A DNA stretch of 63,678 nucleotides, the filler included. It is 5 parts of 5 records of this genome, joined end to end, with 100 filler letters (N's around TTAATTAATTAA, not from the genome) between each part and the next. Parts side by side here need not be neighbours in the genome. Positions count along the whole stretch, not along the records: positions 14,154 to 23,082 come from DRR378314_1163; positions 23,183 to 40,839 come from DRR378314_1166; 3 more parts are not named here. One strand, given 5' to 3'. The notes beneath the pieces were generated by a model, which saw only the letters and a list, made by a program, of their open reading frames with translations, had not been told where the DNA came from and did no database searches. A program made the translations under genes and the position numbers. Each line of letters opens with the position of its first letter. Within the stretch, counting starts at the first letter, position 1. Positions 22,124 to 31,973 of the stretch are shown piece after piece.

Positions 22124-22859
22124 AGTCTTATTTTTGATACGATGGTCGTGTAATAAATTTATGAAAGAGTTCTCGACTGCACTGTATGCGAGGAGAACCG
22201 CAGGCCGAAGCAGTAGCACCACACGCATGACAAACCGCTCACATCGTCTGGGCGTAACCCGACCCGAGCTTAGCTCTGTTCCGCCTGAAATTCGAAAGAT
22301 TTCGGTGAGATTGGCGTGGTAGAACGATAAGATAACAAATTTGGGTGCATTAGAACAAAGGCGGTGTGCATGGACCGTGGATTTGCGCCACAGTGCACAG
22401 CAACTACTTTTCGCAAATTGAGCGTCGCCGGCGCTTCCCTTTGCCTTGCTCCCGGTCAGCCGAGACTGGAGCACTTCCGAAAACGCGCATGTCGAACAAA
22501 GCATATCGTTAGAAATTACCTGCGAAATGGAGATTTAGCGATCAAATTCGCGATGGGGATCGCGGAAGAGAATCGGGGGAGCTGTATCCAGTGCAGCAGT
22601 TCCTCTCTTCCCCTTTCTTCGGCACCGGCGGTGTACGCCGACCCTCACTCAAAATGGTACGGCTGAGGTATAGGGCTGTTTTCAATAGGGCTATTGTCAC
22701 GGTTGTAATAGATAGGTCTATAGGTACGGTCTCCCAGGGAGGGCTGTGGGTCCGCCCTCCCTTTCTGCCGCACGCTCTGCTCGCGCGTGCAACGCGGGCC
22801 GGCGAAGCGAGTCTGCGGACACGAGCGCGAGTTCCGCGCGCCTTGGCACAAAGGGCACG

Positions 22860-23011
22860 ATGGAGAGCGCGCTCGTACGCTTTACCCCGCTCTACGGAAG
22901 TGGGAGCGTGGGCCCGCTCTGTGGACTATTAGAGGTAGATCGCTTTCGCATTCTTTTAGATTGTGGATGGACGGAGGATGCAAATATCGAGCAGCTGGAG
23001 CCGCTGCGCAG
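22860..23011 (+). CDS. CPSF2: Cleavage and polyadenylation specificity factor 100 kDa subunit, first exon (partial)
   Basis: MESALVRFTPLYGSGSVGPLCGLLEVDRFRILLDCGWTEDANIEQLEPLR matches the metallo-beta-lactamase N-terminus of CPSF100 (LLDCGW). GT donor at 23012; the contig ends in the intron. Confidence 0.85.
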
Positions 23012-23082
23012 GTGCGATTGGCGGGCGCTTCCGTGCTGTCGCGCGGCCGCGCCCTGCGTGCTTGGCCGCTGTTCTTGCTTGT

Positions 23083-23182
23083 NNNNNNNNNNNNNNNNNN
23101 NNNNNNNNNNNNNNNNNNNNNNNNNNTTAATTAATTAANNNNNNNNNNNNNNNNNNNNNNNNNNNNNNNNNNNNNNNNNNNN
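23083..23182. other. Artificial contig spacer
   Basis: N-run with a TTAATTAATTAA core. Confidence 0.98.
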
Positions 23183-23254
23183 GTCATATTGAGCTTGTCG
23201 AAATATTTTCAATTTACTGATAATCAATATCAGTTTCGATAAGCTCAACCTGAC
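23183..23254. repeat. Inverted pair of REP-like units (TGAGCTTGTCGAA type)
   Basis: GTCATATTGAGCTTGTCGAAA (23183-23203) pairs with TTTCGATAAGCTCAACCTGAC (23234-23254). Located 3' of the DoxX gene at the contig edge. Confidence 0.7.
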
Positions 23255-23296
23255 AAATCAAGCTATGAAGACTTTTTATACACCCTCTTCATTTTT

Positions 23297-23674
23297 CTAT
23301 GCCCTGAGCAAATCTTTGTACCTATCCTTATATCCGATCAGTACTACAATATTCAGAATTAAGAGCCCTAAAGCCGGGCCAATGTTTGCTGAGTCCAATG
23401 TGGCATGGAATAAAACGGCGTTGACAGAAACACTCATTAAAATTATCGCCAGCAGGGCACCGAACTTATTGAAGATAAAGGCAAGTCCAGCCAAAATCTC
23501 AACAATGGCCACAAGCTGAATGGTGTTTGTGGATGAAAGTGAGCCAAAGTATGTCATAGCTCCTTCAGACATCTCACCTCCAGCAGGCATAAAATTTAAG
23601 AACTTGTTCAATCCAAATATGAGGACAAATACCCCCAATAGGATTCGAACTACCATAAAAATCTTTGAATTCAT
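23297..23674 (-). CDS. DoxX-family membrane protein
   Basis: RILLGVFVLIFGLNKFLNFMP, VEILAG and NAVLFH motifs; four hydrophobic segments. Confidence 0.8.
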   Translation of the reverse strand: MNSKIFMVVRILLGVFVLIFGLNKFLNFMPAGGEMSEGAMTYFGSLSSTNTIQLVAIVEILAGLAFIFNKFGALLAIILMSVSVNAVLFHATLDSANIGPALGLLILNIVVLIGYKDRYKDLLRA

Positions 23675-23767
23675 AAGACGTTGTTTTTATTGATTACATA
23701 CTAAAAGTATTCAAAAAACAAACACCTGATGACTTTTGTGTGATTTAATTCACTGTTAATCAGTTTT

Positions 23768-24553
23768 TTATAGTGATTTCAACAGTCCGCCATCTATCGG
23801 AATATTGGTTCCGGTAATGAAAGCCGCTTTGTCCGAAGCCAAAAAAGCCACCAAATATCCATATTCTTTAGGATCTCCAATACGTTTTACAGGTACTTGT
23901 TCTTCCATGGTGGAGCGGACTTCATCAACAGAAATACCTAATTTTTCTGCTTTTTTGGCATTTAATTGCGCAATGCGGTCGGTATCAAAATACCCCGTCA
24001 AGGTACTGTTCACGGTAATGCCATCTTGGGCGACATCGTAAGCCAAACTTTTGGCCCAAGTGACCACCGCAGCTCTTATGGTATTGGAGAGTGCCAAATA
24101 ATTCAAAGGTTCTTTTACGGATATGGAAGCGATATTAATGATACGGCCCCACTGGTTTTTCTGCATGTGTTTTAGGGCAAGTTCGGTAGTGAAAACAACC
24201 GATTTAAACAGCAAATCAAAGGCTTGCTGATAGTCCTCCACATTTTTCTCCAAAGCTCCACCACCTTCGGGACCTTGGGTGTTGTTTACCAAAATGTCTA
24301 CGGTATTGGTTTTGAAAAATTCCGATATTTTTGTCATGTAGGCTTTAAAATCGGTGAAATCAACGACCAGGAACTGGTGTTTTTGTCCTTGGGAACTGTC
24401 CATTTTTTGGGTCAATTCTCGCAAACGTCCTTCACTTCTGGCCATTAGAGTTACATTAGCGCCACTTTCGGCCAATTGTCGTGCAATGGCCTCACCGATT
24501 CCTTTGCTGCTGCCGCCCACTAGGGCATTTTTTCCTTTTAGTGATATATGCAT
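23768..24553 (-). CDS. SDR-family oxidoreductase (atypical SxxxR active site)
   Basis: GGSSKGIG, DILVNN and GRIINIAS motifs. LSNTIR replaces YxxxK. Confidence 0.9.
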   Translation of the reverse strand: MHISLKGKNALVGGSSKGIGEAIARQLAESGANVTLMARSEGRLRELTQKMDSSQGQKHQFLVVDFTDFKAYMTKISEFFKTNTVDILVNNTQGPEGGGALEKNVEDYQQAFDLLFKSVVFTTELALKHMQKNQWGRIINIASISVKEPLNYLALSNTIRAAVVTWAKSLAYDVAQDGITVNSTLTGYFDTDRIAQLNAKKAEKLGISVDEVRSTMEEQVPVKRIGDPKEYGYLVAFLASDKAAFITGTNIPIDGGLLKSL

Positions 24554-24556
24554 GTG

Positions 24557-24868
24557 TTATCTGTATTCTTCTCTTACAGGACTAAAAATATCCATCAATT
24601 TGCAGGGCGTCAGTGCTTTTCCGCTATGTGGTGCATTGGAAGGGATTACTACAACGTCTCCCGAGGTATAGGTGTCTTTGTTGCCGTTCAGGCTAAACTC
24701 AAATGTGCCTTCCACTACGTGCATAATTTGTTCGTGGTCGTGTTGATGCTCCGGTACTTCGGCATCTTGGTCAACATCCCAAAACACCCAGCTCATGCGT
24801 TCGCCGTGCACCAATTTTCCGTGGTAGCCGGGCATTATTTCCTTGGGTTCGATTTCTGATAGGTTCAT
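24557..24868 (-). CDS. Cupin domain protein
   Basis: PEHQHDHEQ and IPSNAPHS motifs. The start could be the TTG at 24877. Confidence 0.88.
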   Translation of the reverse strand: MNLSEIEPKEIMPGYHGKLVHGERMSWVFWDVDQDAEVPEHQHDHEQIMHVVEGTFEFSLNGNKDTYTSGDVVVIPSNAPHSGKALTPCKLMDIFSPVREEYR

Positions 24869-24938
24869 TGTTCTCAAATTTAGAAGCAAGATATAAATTT
24901 ATATAAAGCTTTGGGTTTGCAATAGGAACGGCTTTAGC

Positions 24939-24946
24939 TATTTTTG
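24939..24946 (+). promoter_or_regulatory. Bacteroidota -7 promoter element
   Basis: TATTTTTG fits TAnnTTTG, 17 nt before the ATG at 24964. Confidence 0.55.
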
Positions 24947-24963
24947 AACCCTAAATTGAACAG

Positions 24964-25857
24964 ATGCAGGTACATTTTATAGGTATTGGAGAAGTAAATA
25001 TGTGCAATCTGGCCATTGCCCTGCGCAAAAAGGGCGAAAAGGTAACAGGTAGTGATGCCGTTTTTGATGAATCACTTAATGCCATAATGCAGGAACAGGG
25101 TTTGGAGTACAATGAAACAGGTTGGTCTTCCGATAAAATCAATGATCGATTGGATGCGGTGATTTTGGGAGCCTCCATTAAAAAGGATAACCCAGAGCTT
25201 GCCAAGGCACAAGAATTGGGCTTGCGGATTTTTTCCTGCCCTGAATTCTTATACGAACAATCCAAATACAAAACACGGGTGGTAGTTGCTGGTAGTAAAC
25301 AGAAAACAACTATTGCATCAATGATTTTGCACGTATTGGGATATAATGATGTTGAGGTGGATTATGCGTTGGCAGTACCAAATGGTATCCATCTATCCGA
25401 AGAAAATGACTTTATTGTGATTGAAGGAAGAGATAATCCTTCGTCTCTTATTGATAATACGCCGCAGTTTCAAAAATATCGGCCAAACATTGCTTTGTTG
25501 AGCGATATTGAATTTGAAGAAGGCAGTTTTTATACCGATTTTGAAACCTACGCGGAACAGTATAGCATTTTTGTGGACAGTATTGTAAAGGGGGGAAGCA
25601 TTACCTATAACGATGAGGATATGGAAGTGAGGAAGCTTGTGGAATCATCTGAAAATCCAATTAGAAAGTTTCCTTACGCAACTCCAGAATACCAAGAAGC
25701 GGATGGCGAAGTGTTTTTGGACACGCCCGATGGTGAAATGCCCTTGGAAATTTCAGGGGCCACTGATTTAAGAAATATGGCGGGCGCCAAATGGATTTGC
25801 CAGCAAATGGGCGTGGACGAAGTGGAGTTTTACGAGGCGATGGCCACTTTTGAATAG
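24964..25857 (+). CDS. Degenerate, C-terminally truncated Mpl/MurC-like Mur ligase domain protein
   Basis: VHFIGIG..VTGSD..DNPELAKAQELGL scaffold is present. The P-loop reads GSKQKTT, the DH motif is absent, and the ORF ends before the C-terminal domain (297 aa). Confidence 0.8.
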   Translation: MQVHFIGIGEVNMCNLAIALRKKGEKVTGSDAVFDESLNAIMQEQGLEYNETGWSSDKINDRLDAVILGASIKKDNPELAKAQELGLRIFSCPEFLYEQSKYKTRVVVAGSKQKTTIASMILHVLGYNDVEVDYALAVPNGIHLSEENDFIVIEGRDNPSSLIDNTPQFQKYRPNIALLSDIEFEEGSFYTDFETYAEQYSIFVDSIVKGGSITYNDEDMEVRKLVESSENPIRKFPYATPEYQEADGEVFLDTPDGEMPLEISGATDLRNMAGAKWICQQMGVDEVEFYEAMATFE

Positions 25858-25860
25858 GTT

Positions 25861-26313
25861 TCACACTCCAAATTGCCTTAAATGATGGTCTAGGTGTTTG
25901 TATTGCATCTGTCCCCACTGCTCAGGGGTAAAGGAGCCAAATGCAGGGTGCGGGTCCCATTCTTTTTTATCTTTTTGTTGGTGGAAATCATTGATCAAAC
26001 TTACCAACGCTTCTTTTTCTTTGTCAACATTTTATTCTTCCACCACTTTGAAACCCTTGGCCGTAGGAAGGCCTTGTCGCCATGGCTTATCATCGTATAG
26101 ACTTTTTTTGAAAAATTTCCCCATCAGCTTCAACATAAGGCTCGGTTTGTTGTTCGGATTGTGCTTTCCTAAAGCTATTTTCAAGGGATATTGACAGTGA
26201 TGGATCATTTGACCCACTTCCATTTTGCCCCATTGCCTTTCCGAAGATTCCGAAAGTTGATTGACTCGTGATAAAATTTCTTCGTGTGCCTCGCTGTTGA
26301 AAAGGGATTTCAT
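25861..26313 (-). pseudogene. DUF1569 (DinB-superfamily) gene with an in-frame stop
   Basis: WGKMEVGQMIHHC N-part, TAA at 26032-26034, then the same frame continues to HPAFGSFTPEQWGQMQYKHLDHHLRQFGV-stop. Confidence 0.8.
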
Positions 26314-26366
26314 AATGAAGTATTTATATTGAAAATTACATAAAATTATTCTCCTATCTTTAGCCC

Positions 26367-27065
26367 ATGCAAGAAAAACTAGCTTCCTTTTCCATAAAAA
26401 ATTGGGCGGATGATGATCGGCCCAGGGAGAAACTCGTGCAAAAAGGCAGTTTTGTACTATCCGATGCGGAATTGATTGCCATTTTGATTGGTTCAGGGAG
26501 CCGGGAGGAGAGTGCCGTGGAACTTTCCAAGCGTATACTGGCTTCGGTAAACCATAATTTGAACGAACTTGGTAAGTTATCTGTAAACCAGTTAATGCGT
26601 TTTAAAGGTATTGGGGAGGCTAAAGCAGTCACCATAGCTGCAGCTTTGGAAGTAGGTAGGCGAAGGAGAATGGAGGATACTTCAAAAATCACCAAAATTA
26701 AAAGTAGCCACGATGTTTTTGAGCTGTTATACCCTTTGATCGGGGAATTGCCCCACGAAGAATTTTGGATTGTATATTTAAACAATTCCAACAAGGTGGT
26801 GCACAAAGCGCAATTGAGCAAGGGCGGAATTACAGGGACCTTGGTTGATGTGCGTCTGGTGTTAAAACAAGCTTTGGAATTGGGTGCTGTGGGTATTATC
26901 CTTGCCCATAACCATCCATCGGGAACTCTGGAACCAAGCACAGCCGACAAACAGATAACTCAAAAGTTAAAGATGGCTACAGAAGCATTGGATATTAAGA
27001 TATTGGACCATTTGATTTTGACCCAGCGCGAGTATCTGAGTTTTGCGGACAAAGGAATACTATAG
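26367..27065 (+). CDS. radC: RadC-family JAB domain protein
   Basis: DDRPREKL, LSDAELIAILIGSG, HNHPSG and LDHLI motifs. Confidence 0.95.
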   Translation: MQEKLASFSIKNWADDDRPREKLVQKGSFVLSDAELIAILIGSGSREESAVELSKRILASVNHNLNELGKLSVNQLMRFKGIGEAKAVTIAAALEVGRRRRMEDTSKITKIKSSHDVFELLYPLIGELPHEEFWIVYLNNSNKVVHKAQLSKGGITGTLVDVRLVLKQALELGAVGIILAHNHPSGTLEPSTADKQITQKLKMATEALDIKILDHLILTQREYLSFADKGIL

Positions 27066-27068
27066 ACC

Positions 27069-28364
27069 ATGTTGTTGATTTTCACCCATAAAGTAACCAA
27101 CCGATTGGCTTATACGGCCAAACAGATTTTTGAAAAAATCTTGGGAGTGGAAATGGGGTTTACCACAAAGGTCGAGGACTTCATTAAACACAATGGTCCA
27201 AAAATGACGTATTCCAAGCAACCCTTGCAAAACGAGTTTTTTATCAGGAGCAACGATCTTTTGTTCGAGCAGGGAATCAACGATTTTGAAATCAAGGTAG
27301 CGGATTGGGAAGGTCTTCCCTGTTTTTTTTCTTCAGGGGAGAAGAGCGCCATTCCCTTCGATATATTTTCCGCCAGTTTTTTTCTGTTGAGCAGATACGA
27401 GGAGTATTTGCCTCACGTTAAGGACAGTGTTGGTAGGTTCCCTGTAAAGGAAAGCATAGCTTATCAAAATAATTTTTTGGAACTGCCCGTGGTAGATCTT
27501 TGGGCATATAAGCTGTTGGAAGCTTTAAAAGAACGCTTTCCAGACATAGATGCCAAGGAAAAAAGTTACGGTTTCACCTCCATTATCAATGTAACCACAT
27601 CGCACGCTTATGCCATGCGAGGAATTTCAAGAACCCTTGGCGGATTTTTGTTGGACTTGGTTAATTTAAGGTTTAGGGATGTTTGGGAAAGAATGTCCGT
27701 AATCTTGAGATTGAAAAAAGATCCGTACGATAACTTCTTCCAGTTGGTGGACATTCATAAAAAGTTCCCGATCAAAACCATGTTCTTTTTTCAATTTGCC
27801 AAACACTCGGCGCATGACAAGAACGTATCGACCAACAGCAACAAGTTTCGTTATTTGATCAAATCCGTGGCAGATTATAGCGTAGTATCATTGAGCACAT
27901 CTTTTGTGTCCACCTCGGATAAAAATGTGCTTCGGGAAGAAAAAAAACAGCTCGGAAACTTGATCAACAGGCCCATAAGCTATGCCCGGTTGCGATACAA
28001 CAAGGTCAATGTCCCCGCAACTTACAGAAATTTGGTGGAAACGGAATTTACGGACGATTTTTCCATGGGCTATACCCATGAGGTTGGTTTTAGGGCCGGT
28101 ACGTGTACACCTTTTTATTTTTACGATATCAATACCGAAGTAAGACAACCGATAAAAATTCATCCCTTTGCCATGCACGATTACGCCTTGGTCAAGTATA
28201 AAAGCAAAGAAGAGGTTTTTGAAAAAATGGATAAAGTGTACCGTTTGGTAAAACAGGTGAAAGGGGACTTTATTCTTGTTTTTTCCAACGAGCTTTTTGG
28301 GGGGAAACAGCATTTGGACTGGATGGAGCTTTATCAATCAATTCTAAAGCGTTATTATGTTTGA
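27069..28364 (+). CDS. Polysaccharide deacetylase-like / DUF7033-type protein
   Basis: DIFSASFFLLSRYEEY, DPYDNF and GFRAGTCTPF motifs of this Bacteroidota family. Confidence 0.7.
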   Translation: MLLIFTHKVTNRLAYTAKQIFEKILGVEMGFTTKVEDFIKHNGPKMTYSKQPLQNEFFIRSNDLLFEQGINDFEIKVADWEGLPCFFSSGEKSAIPFDIFSASFFLLSRYEEYLPHVKDSVGRFPVKESIAYQNNFLELPVVDLWAYKLLEALKERFPDIDAKEKSYGFTSIINVTTSHAYAMRGISRTLGGFLLDLVNLRFRDVWERMSVILRLKKDPYDNFFQLVDIHKKFPIKTMFFFQFAKHSAHDKNVSTNSNKFRYLIKSVADYSVVSLSTSFVSTSDKNVLREEKKQLGNLINRPISYARLRYNKVNVPATYRNLVETEFTDDFSMGYTHEVGFRAGTCTPFYFYDINTEVRQPIKIHPFAMHDYALVKYKSKEEVFEKMDKVYRLVKQVKGDFILVFSNELFGGKQHLDWMELYQSILKRYYV

Positions 28365-29046
28365 TCATGAAATAACCGATGTTTTTTTTGATTTGGACCA
28401 TACCTTATGGGATTTTGAAAAGAACTCGGCCCTCACCTTTGCAAAAATTTTGGTTGATAACAAGGTAAAAGTGGATTTAGATGGTTTTTTGGAAGTCTAT
28501 GCGCCGATCAATATGCAAATGTGGACTTTATACCGCGAAAATGGAATAAGTAAGTCGGAATTGCGATATCAACGTCTAAAACAAACTTTCGATACGCTCC
28601 GCGTTCCTATTTCGGATGAGGTGATCGATGTATTGGCTCACGATTATATTGCGCATCTTTCATCTTTTACCCATTTACTTCCAAATACGGTGCAGACATT
28701 GGAGTACCTTTTTCCAAAATATAAGTTGCATATTATTACCAATGGTTTTCAAGAGGTTCAGGAGAAAAAACTAAAAGGCAGCAGCATACACCACTATTTT
28801 CAAAAAATCGTGGATTCCGAAATGGCAGGCGTTAAAAAACCGGACCCATACATTTTTGAACTGGCATTGGACATGGCCAAGGTAAAACCTAAAAACTCTT
28901 TGATGGTGGGGGATAATCTCGAAGCCGATATTTTGGGAGCCAAAGCTATGGGCATGCAGGTACTTCATTACAATTTTCACAGGGAATCGAATCATGGCGA
29001 ATGTACTATGATTAATGATTTAATTGAAATAAAAAGCATTTTGTAG
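28357..29046 (+). CDS. yjjG: YjjG-family HAD pyrimidine nucleotidase
   Basis: FFDLDHTLWDF, ITNGF, KKPDP and GDNLEADILGA motifs. Confidence 0.9.
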   Translation: MFDHEITDVFFDLDHTLWDFEKNSALTFAKILVDNKVKVDLDGFLEVYAPINMQMWTLYRENGISKSELRYQRLKQTFDTLRVPISDEVIDVLAHDYIAHLSSFTHLLPNTVQTLEYLFPKYKLHIITNGFQEVQEKKLKGSSIHHYFQKIVDSEMAGVKKPDPYIFELALDMAKVKPKNSLMVGDNLEADILGAKAMGMQVLHYNFHRESNHGECTMINDLIEIKSIL

Positions 29047-29100
29047 AGTTATAGTAAGAGTAGTATATCCCATTAATTACACTGGAAAATGCTTTCTGCT

Positions 29101-29652
29101 ATGAAAAGAGTATTCTATTCCGTTTTCTTGTTCACGGGATTTTTGTTTTTGGCACAATCCTGCACGGAGGAACAGGATTTTGATCAGATTGATGATTTGA
29201 GTATCACACCTACCTTGGCCTCTGGCCTTTTTTATTTTGAATCGGATGAAGCAACCATAAATTCAGCGGGAGGGCTAACTACATTTTATTCCCAAGAGGT
29301 CAATTTTGACGCTTTTAACGAACAGTATGTGGCAGAGCGTCTTATAGAAGGTGTCATTACCTACGAAATAGATAATACCACTAGCAAGGAATTGCGCATA
29401 TTTATCGATTTTTTGGATGAAGCTGGGCAACCATTGGATAGGGAGGTTTTTACCATTGAAGCAGGTCCTTCGGACACAGTGGTTCGAGAGGTGGTCTATG
29501 GCCCGGATGGCAAGCCGATAGATATTCTTGCGAACACATCCAGTCTTCGCGTAACAGCAAACAATTTAGGGGACGGGTCCAGTGTATCTTCGGCTGAAGA
29601 CCCCAAAATCATCTTTCGCTCAGGAGCACAATTTGTATTTCGATTAAAATGA
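29101..29652 (+). CDS. Hypothetical lipoprotein
   Basis: Signal peptide ending LAQSC. Overlaps the start of the downstream DUF5723 gene. Confidence 0.75.
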   Translation: MKRVFYSVFLFTGFLFLAQSCTEEQDFDQIDDLSITPTLASGLFYFESDEATINSAGGLTTFYSQEVNFDAFNEQYVAERLIEGVITYEIDNTTSKELRIFIDFLDEAGQPLDREVFTIEAGPSDTVVREVVYGPDGKPIDILANTSSLRVTANNLGDGSSVSSAEDPKIIFRSGAQFVFRLK

Positions 29653-31112
29653 GAATAGCCAACAAACTCACATACCTTGTCCTGTTTTGTGGTTCAACCT
29701 TATTTGCCCAAAACAAGGAACTGTTGTACGATTTTTACGAGATACCCCAATCTTTGATGGTAAACCCGGGAGTAAGAACATCGCAAAAATGGCATGCGGG
29801 TATTCCGGTGATTTCTGGACTATCTGTACAGGGTGCAAGCAGTGGCGTTACCGTCAACGACCTCTTCGCCAATGACGGCATTGATTTTACCACCAAGGTA
29901 CAGGAACGGTTATTGGATGTGATGGGGAGTAAGGACGATTTTAGCACCACAAGTCAGATTGAGGGGATTACCGTAGGTTTTAGAGGAAAGAACCGCCCGG
30001 ATGATTATTATTCCTTTGGAATATACGGAGAAACGGACATCATAACCTATTGGCCCAAAGATTTGGCCATTTTGGCTTTTGAAGGCAATGGAGGGGACAA
30101 TTTGGGTAGAAGTTTTGATCTTGGGGATTTAAACCTTCGCGGTGAAATGATCAATGTGTTTCATTTTGGAATCAATAGAAAAGTGAGTGAAGCACTTACT
30201 TTGGGGGCGAGGGCAAAATTGTATTCAAGCGTTTTTCAATTTCAATCCATAAATAATTCAGGCTCCTTTGTTACCCGGCAAGGGCAAAACAATGTTTACG
30301 AAAGTACGATCAATGCCGATATGCAGCTTCAAACTTCTGGAGTTAAGGGGTTTTACGATATCATCGAAGAAGATACGGGAACCACACAAAAGGACGTGAC
30401 CAGTTTGTTTACTGAACGGGTTTTGTTTGGAGGCAATTTGGGTTTTGGTCTTGATTTTGGTTTCAGCTACGACCTAAGTCCGCAAACCACCGTAACAGGA
30501 AGTATTTTAGACTTGGGATTTATCAATAATTCCAAAGATGTGTGGAACTACACCTTTTCAGGAAGCACAACCACCGATGGAATCTCGATTATCCTCCCAG
30601 AGGACATAGATAATGTGAACAACGATTTATGGCAAGAGTTGATTGACGAAATTGATGAAGCCTTGCCCAGAGACGAAAATGAGTCAAGCTATATTTCTTG
30701 GCGACCGGTAAAAGTGTATGGCTCCATTAGATATGATTTTGGCAAAGGCGGAGGCTCTGTTTTGGACAATTGTGGGTGCGCTGTCAATGGTGGCAGTGGA
30801 ATGGCAAGTAACCGTGATTATTACAGAAACAGTCTGGGAGGACAATTGTTTATGATGAAAAGGCCAAGAGGAGTGCAAGCTGCTTTAACCGGTTTTTACC
30901 AAAGGCGGTTTGGGAGGGTGGTATCCTTAAAAGGTACGTATACGGTCGATAAATATTCCTTTACAAATATTGGATTGGGTGCAAACGTTCAATTGGGTCC
31001 GGTCAATTTTTATGTTTTGGCGAACAATCTTCTAAGTTATTCCAATATTGCAGACAGTCACTACGCTTCTTTACAGTTCGGATTTAATATTATATCTTGG
31101 AACGGTAATTGA
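29649..31112 (+). CDS. DUF5723-family outer-membrane protein
   Basis: Signal peptide, NPG motif, GFGLDFGFSY/DLGFI, and a beta-strand C-terminus (LQFGFNI). Confidence 0.75.
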   Translation: MRIANKLTYLVLFCGSTLFAQNKELLYDFYEIPQSLMVNPGVRTSQKWHAGIPVISGLSVQGASSGVTVNDLFANDGIDFTTKVQERLLDVMGSKDDFSTTSQIEGITVGFRGKNRPDDYYSFGIYGETDIITYWPKDLAILAFEGNGGDNLGRSFDLGDLNLRGEMINVFHFGINRKVSEALTLGARAKLYSSVFQFQSINNSGSFVTRQGQNNVYESTINADMQLQTSGVKGFYDIIEEDTGTTQKDVTSLFTERVLFGGNLGFGLDFGFSYDLSPQTTVTGSILDLGFINNSKDVWNYTFSGSTTTDGISIILPEDIDNVNNDLWQELIDEIDEALPRDENESSYISWRPVKVYGSIRYDFGKGGGSVLDNCGCAVNGGSGMASNRDYYRNSLGGQLFMMKRPRGVQAALTGFYQRRFGRVVSLKGTYTVDKYSFTNIGLGANVQLGPVNFYVLANNLLSYSNIADSHYASLQFGFNIISWNGN

Positions 31113-31124
31113 TTATCCTTCTAT

Positions 31125-31973
31125 ATGAAATCTAAAATTTTGTACATATTGCTTTTTGCGATAGGGTTCACCGGAGCTGTCAACGCACAATTGAACAACT
31201 ATAAATATATTATTGTACCGAAGAAATTCGAGGCTTTCGATGCCATGAACAAGCATCAGACCAGTACTTTGACCAAATATTTTTTTACGGAAAACGGATT
31301 TGAAGCCGTTTATGATGATGCCCTTCCGGCAGATTTGGTAAACCAAAGGTGTTTGGGCCTTGTTGCCGATATTATCGATGGTTCCAATCTTTTTACCACA
31401 AAGGTTGCTATTTCTCTGAAAGATTGTAACAATGTTGAAATATTCAGATCTGTTGAAGGTGTCAGCAAGATCAAAGAGTATAACGAGTCCTACAGGGAGG
31501 CTTTGCAAAAAGCATTTGTTTCCTTTGCGGGGATGAACTATACATACGAGCCAAATAAAAATGACCTTGTGCAAAAAGAAGGACCAGTAACGGTAAGCTT
31601 TAAAAACGATGTAAAATCGGTTAAAACAGCTCCAAAAGAGCATGTGGTAGAACAAAAGGCGACCACGGAAGAACAGGTGTATAAAAGTGTAGAGCCGAAA
31701 ACGACCACTATTGTTAAAGCTACGGAAGGCGTTACACTGATGGAGTCAATTCCAACAGGTCTTTTGTACGCGCAACCTACGGAAAATGGTTATCAACTGG
31801 TAGACAACACTCCCAAGGTTATACTTAAATTGGAAGAAACCTCCATGGAAGACGTTTTTATGACTGATTTCCAGGGGAACAATGCGGTCGTCTTTAAAAA
31901 CGATGGCAAATGGTTGTTGGAGTATTCGGAGAACGGAAAAAAAGTACAGCAAGAACTTAATATCAAGTTCTAG
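31125..31973 (+). CDS. Secreted hypothetical protein (Flavobacteriaceae)
   Basis: Signal peptide (..VNAQ), YKYIIVP motif; 282-aa ORF in operon orientation. Confidence 0.75.
   Translation: MKSKILYILLFAIGFTGAVNAQLNNYKYIIVPKKFEAFDAMNKHQTSTLTKYFFTENGFEAVYDDALPADLVNQRCLGLVADIIDGSNLFTTKVAISLKDCNNVEIFRSVEGVSKIKEYNESYREALQKAFVSFAGMNYTYEPNKNDLVQKEGPVTVSFKNDVKSVKTAPKEHVVEQKATTEEQVYKSVEPKTTTIVKATEGVTLMESIPTGLLYAQPTENGYQLVDNTPKVILKLEETSMEDVFMTDFQGNNAVVFKNDGKWLLEYSENGKKVQQELNIKF

Noticed and set aside
13970-23297. Apparent eukaryotic genes inserted among bacterial genes (HGT or endosymbiont integration)
   Set aside because: Every bacterial/eukaryotic transition coincides with an artificial spacer. There is no sequence continuity.
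23768-24553. SDR lacking the catalytic YxxxK as a novel pseudo-enzyme
   Set aside because: The SxxxR variant (LSNTIR) defines a known, widespread atypical SDR subgroup.
26032-26034. Stop-codon reassignment or programmed readthrough in DUF1569
   Set aside because: TAA ends other genes normally in the same contig (for example the cupin and rlmB). A single nonsense change or sequencing error is simpler.
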